From positions 1-27,308 of the forward strand of contig QHZM01000006.1 of the NCBI GenBank assembly GCA_003224665.1: DNA of 27,308 nt. The letters run 5' to 3'. Below are positions 23,923 to 27,308 of the stretch, piece after piece (within the stretch, counting starts at the first letter, position 1; the number at the start of each line of letters is the position of its first letter). A model generated the notes under the pieces. That model was given only the letters and a program-made list of their open reading frames with translations. It ran no database searches and was not told the origin of the DNA. Source of the stretch: Acidobacteriota bacterium (GTDB lineage: Bacteria; Acidobacteriota; Terriglobia; UBA7540). The translations under genes were made by a program, and so were the position numbers.

Positions 23923-25899
23923 TCAAGTTACAATGGATCCGGAAGCGGGGGCAACGCTCGGAATCCCGCGCAGTTCCTTCCCTTCCAAGGCGGCTCCTGC
24001 CAAGGAAGGTCGGCCGCTGGCGCTCGCCGCCTCGAGAAAGTTCCGGTGCCACAACTCGAAAATCAAAAGCTGCCACAGGATGCCGGAGTGATCGCGCCTT
24101 TGCCGAAAATGCTCTTCGAGCAATTGCCGCACGGCGGCCGGCCTGAAATAGCCGCGTTGGAGGGTCCGCGGCTCGACGAGGACGCGCAATTCGTCCTTCA
24201 GCTCGTGTCGCATCCAGTGCACGAGCGGCAGGGCGAAACCGCGCTTGGGCTGCTCCAGGACCGCGCCCGGCACGCCGACTCGTTTCGCCAACTTCCGTAA
24301 GATGTACTTCCGCGTGCCGTCGCGGAGTTTCCACTCGGCGGGTAATGCCGCAACCCACTCCAGGAAAACGTGATCAAGCATGGGCGCGCGGACTTCCAGG
24401 GACGTGGCCATGCTCATGCGGTCCACTTTGGTCAGGATGTCGGCCGCCAGGTACGTTTTGGTGTCAAGGTATAGCAACCGGCTCAGTGGATCACGCGCGG
24501 GAGCTCCCTCATAGTAGGCGCGAAATAGGTCCAGCGGGTCCTGGCAACATTCGACGGAATCCAGGAAATCATCGGAGAAGACCTGCCGTTCAGGGCCGAA
24601 AGCGGGCAGGTAGGAAATTGTGTCGAGATATCGGTCCCGGAAAGGGAGGGTCATATTGAAAGTGAGCCTGCGAGCCCACGTGCCGTGCGGCAGCTTCGGA
24701 TGAATTTTCTCGCGGTACCATCGGCGCACTCGACCGGGAATCAGGTCGAACGGCGTGCGACCGAGCCTGAGGCGATAGCGGTCGTAGCCGGCGAACAGCT
24801 CGTCGCCGCCGTCGCCCGATAAGGCGACGGTCACATATCTGCGAGCCAGACACGAAACAAAATACGTCGGCAGGATCGAAGAATCAGCGAACGGTTCTTC
24901 CAGTGTGCCCGTCAGCGTGTCCAGCTCCTGTCCGATTTTCGGCTCAACGATCAGCTCATGATGATCCGTGCCGAAATGCCGAGCGACGGCACGGGCGTAT
25001 TCAGCCTCGTTGAAATCCTGGTTGCGGAACCCGATGGTGAACGTCTTCACCGGCCGCGAGCTGGCCCGGGCCATCAGCGCCACCACCGTGGAGGAATCCG
25101 TTCCTCCGCTCAGCAAGGCCCCGAGCGGGACATCCGCTATCATCCGGATCCGGACGGCCTCGAATAACCGTTGCTCCAGCTCTTCCAGGCACTCTTCCTC
25201 GGATCCGGGCGAGTGCGTTCCGTAGGCTGGCAGGTCCCAGTAATTGCGGACTTTGATCTCTCCGTTTCTGAATTCCAGTGTGTGCGCCGGGGGGAGCTTC
25301 TGAATGCGGGTGTAAGCGGTGCGGGGATCAGGGATATAGCTGAAATAAAAAAATTGCAACAGGGCCTCGCGATCGATCTCTACAAGTTCCGGGGCCGCCG
25401 CCAGAATCGCCTTGATCTCGGAGCCAAACAGCAGAGCGTCGTCGGTTAAGGCGTAATGGAGTGGCTTCTTCCCTAGCCGGTCGCGCGCCAACAGTAAAGC
25501 TCGGCGGCGCTCGTCGTAAATCGCGAAGGCGAACATCCCACGAAGCTTGTGGACACAATCCACGCCCAGGTCTTCATAGAGATGCACGATGACTTCGGTA
25601 TCTGTGTTGGTGTAAAAACGGTGTCCGTGGCGCTCCAGCTGAGTTCTCAATTCCGGATAGTTGTAGATCTCACCGTTGAACACCACCCAGACCGTCTCGT
25701 CCTCATTGTGAACAGGCTGATGACCTCCGGCCAAGTCGATGATGCTCAGCCGTCGCATCCCTATTCCGACGGGTCCATGGACGTAAACCCCCTCGTCATC
25801 CGGTCCGCGATGGACGATCGTCCGGCACATTCGCCGGATAACCGCTTCATCCACCATTGAACCAGGCCGTCTTCCGACAATCCCGGTGATTCCGCACAT
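23923..25899 (-). CDS. asnB: Second asparagine synthase (glutamine-hydrolysing)-like amidotransferase
   Basis: True start is ATG 25899 (MCGITG; Cys must be N-terminal). HRGPDD, RRLSIID, RDRLGKKPL, LSGGTDSS, SGDGGDE and LEVRAPMLD motifs. Confidence 0.94.
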   Translation of the reverse strand: MCGITGIVGRRPGSMVDEAVIRRMCRTIVHRGPDDEGVYVHGPVGIGMRRLSIIDLAGGHQPVHNEDETVWVVFNGEIYNYPELRTQLERHGHRFYTNTDTEVIVHLYEDLGVDCVHKLRGMFAFAIYDERRRALLLARDRLGKKPLHYALTDDALLFGSEIKAILAAAPELVEIDREALLQFFYFSYIPDPRTAYTRIQKLPPAHTLEFRNGEIKVRNYWDLPAYGTHSPGSEEECLEELEQRLFEAVRIRMIADVPLGALLSGGTDSSTVVALMARASSRPVKTFTIGFRNQDFNEAEYARAVARHFGTDHHELIVEPKIGQELDTLTGTLEEPFADSSILPTYFVSCLARRYVTVALSGDGGDELFAGYDRYRLRLGRTPFDLIPGRVRRWYREKIHPKLPHGTWARRLTFNMTLPFRDRYLDTISYLPAFGPERQVFSDDFLDSVECCQDPLDLFRAYYEGAPARDPLSRLLYLDTKTYLAADILTKVDRMSMATSLEVRAPMLDHVFLEWVAALPAEWKLRDGTRKYILRKLAKRVGVPGAVLEQPKRGFALPLVHWMRHELKDELRVLVEPRTLQRGYFRPAAVRQLLEEHFRQRRDHSGILWQLLIFELWHRNFLEAASASGRPSLAGAALEGKELRGIPSVAPASGSIVT

Positions 25900-26026
25900 G
25901 GCTAATTTTCTTCCACGGGATCCAATTTCCGGGGCGTGCTGCTCCAAGGAGCGACAGGCCAGCGCGAGTCGTTCAAAGCGCCGGCGTTGTCCCACCCGCG
26001 GAGGCGGTTCCCCGCGTCCAATCAAC

Positions 26027-26487
26027 TCAAGAAGCCTTTCCCCCGTCCGCATGGCCGCGCCGGGCCTCGCTTGACAGTAACTTCGAAGAAGGAAAAGGAT
26101 TTTCCAGATGTTCAACAACCATATTGCAGGTCACCAGATCGAAGCTTTCATCCGAGATCGGAAGGCGGTCCAGGCTCGAGCACACGGACAAACTCAGGCC
26201 CGATTTCTTCGGAGAGCGGCCGAGGCTAGATCGACGCCCACCATCAACCGCGGCTTGGCCGCCAGCACCCGCTCAGGGTCCTTCACGCCGCCGGCCAGCA
26301 GGCGTTCCCCGCAGCCGGCATCCAACCACCGGGTCGTGTCATTAACGTATCCACCGAGGGTTTGCCCGTGAATTTCCTGATTCCAGAGCAAGTTCGGTAG
26401 GAGCAAACACATCAGCCGCATCATTATGTTTCGGCCCAACAGCCTTTTCCACAGATCAGCGATCCAGAAATTTGGCCGGCGCTTCAT
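26027..26487 (-). pseudogene. Class I SAM-dependent methyltransferase, frameshifted and truncated
   Basis: Motif I WLDAGCG and VGVDL, then a stop at 26194. A one-base shift near 26198 restores LSLSVCSSLDRLPISDESFDLVTCNMVVEHLENP, after which similarity is lost (~26096). Start uncertain (ATG 26487). Confidence 0.75.
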
Positions 26488-26657
26488 TGATTGCGAAAGC
26501 CCGATTTGACTCGAAATCTTCCGTTCCTGAAGTCCGCGTGTCGGCTGCGGGTTCGCGCTGTTTTCCAGTTGGAGCCCGCAAACGACGGTCAAGAAGTACT
26601 TGGCGATGGAGAACTCGCTGATCCCGCCGCCACGGCCTGAACCCGGGGAGCGTCGCC

Positions 26658-27308
26658 TCAATACGCACCCAGAGTCACTTTTGGCACCTGACTTCGATAA
26701 GCGGTCCCCCTGAATCCTGCTTCCTGTGGAGGCTGGTTCAGCTCAGATGGAGCCGTGGCCTCCGTGCCCGCAATGGCGCGGAGCGCGCTGGTGTATCCCA
26801 CCAGAAAATATGGGAAAAATTGGTAGGCCGCGCTCGCAAACAACGAGCCCACGGCGAAACTGGCAAAACTGGCTCCGAGCGCGGTTGCGAACAGCTGCTC
26901 TTCGGGTTTCCCGCGCACAAGACGTTTCGTTTCGCGGATGTTGATGAATCCGCGCCGCATGATCAGGAGAAACAGGATGAGCGCAGCGATCCCCGCTTCA
27001 GAGCTCAGTTGCGTGTACGTGTTATGGGTCTCGCGCCAGGCACCCGAAACAATTTCGAAATTTCCCGGGCCGACACCAAAAAGCGGATGCTCCAAACTGA
27101 CTTTTATGCTGGTCTTCAGCAGGTACTTTCGGGCCTGCGCCGAACCGGTGGCGTCTTCGTTGGGTTCGAAGATCGTCTCGATACGCTTTGCGTAATTCGC
27201 CGAACCTGCGAGAATCAGGACCCCGAAGCCCGTGACGGCGGCGACCAATACCAGGTATTGCCGTCGCCCCTTGACGCCGAACTCCCACAGACACACCCCA
27301 CCCGCCAC
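26658..27308 (-). CDS. O-antigen ligase / Wzy-like polymerase family membrane protein, C-terminal part (5' end outside window)
   Basis: HPLFGVGPGNF and THNTYTQLSSEAGIAALILF (Wzy_C-type His motif), with multiple TM segments. Confidence 0.85.
   Translation of the reverse strand: MAGGVCLWEFGVKGRRQYLVLVAAVTGFGVLILAGSANYAKRIETIFEPNEDATGSAQARKYLLKTSIKVSLEHPLFGVGPGNFEIVSGAWRETHNTYTQLSSEAGIAALILFLLIMRRGFINIRETKRLVRGKPEEQLFATALGASFASFAVGSLFASAAYQFFPYFLVGYTSALRAIAGTEATAPSELNQPPQEAGFRGTAYRSQVPKVTLGAY

Noticed and set aside
25900-26118. 73-aa N-terminal extension of the second asnB
   Set aside because: Ntn amidotransferases need Cys at the mature N-terminus, and the region partly belongs to the methyltransferase pseudogene.
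1-27308. CRISPR arrays, tRNA/rRNA genes, IS elements, integrases
   Set aside because: No regularly spaced short repeats, cloverleaf or rRNA signatures, terminal inverted repeats or transposase/integrase motifs were seen by eye.

Overview
A 27.3-kb, roughly 60% GC bacterial window holding part of a large Wzx/Wzy-type extracellular-polysaccharide locus. The gene content resembles loci I associate with Acidobacteriota, but that taxonomy is an inference. The left arm has a CsgD/VpsT-like LuxR regulator with a degenerate receiver domain and a 1.5-kb structured intergenic region with a Fur-box-like palindrome. It also has three members of one uncharacterised secreted protein family. One copy is cut by the window edge and shares a 180-bp near-identical repeat with the second. 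The second carries four IPT/TIG domains, and the third is stand-alone and overlaps the start of a Wzx flippase gene. The rest encodes glycan-tailoring and assembly functions: two AsnB-like amidotransferases, a heparinase II/III-like protein, a deacetylase-like protein, a beta-propeller with arylsulfotransferase-like His motifs, four GT4 glycosyltransferase loci, a hexapeptide O-acetyltransferase, two methyltransferase remnants and an O-antigen ligase/polymerase. A sulfate-activation module (Sat-CysC, CysQ, TSUP) sits among them. At least eight loci carry deletions or frameshifts (flippase, two GT4s, TSUP, APS-kinase domain, acetyltransferase/GT4 junction, two methyltransferases), so the locus looks actively eroding or being remodelled. 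I saw no rRNA, tRNA, CRISPR array or transposase. All family calls come from reading motifs by eye; no database search was run.
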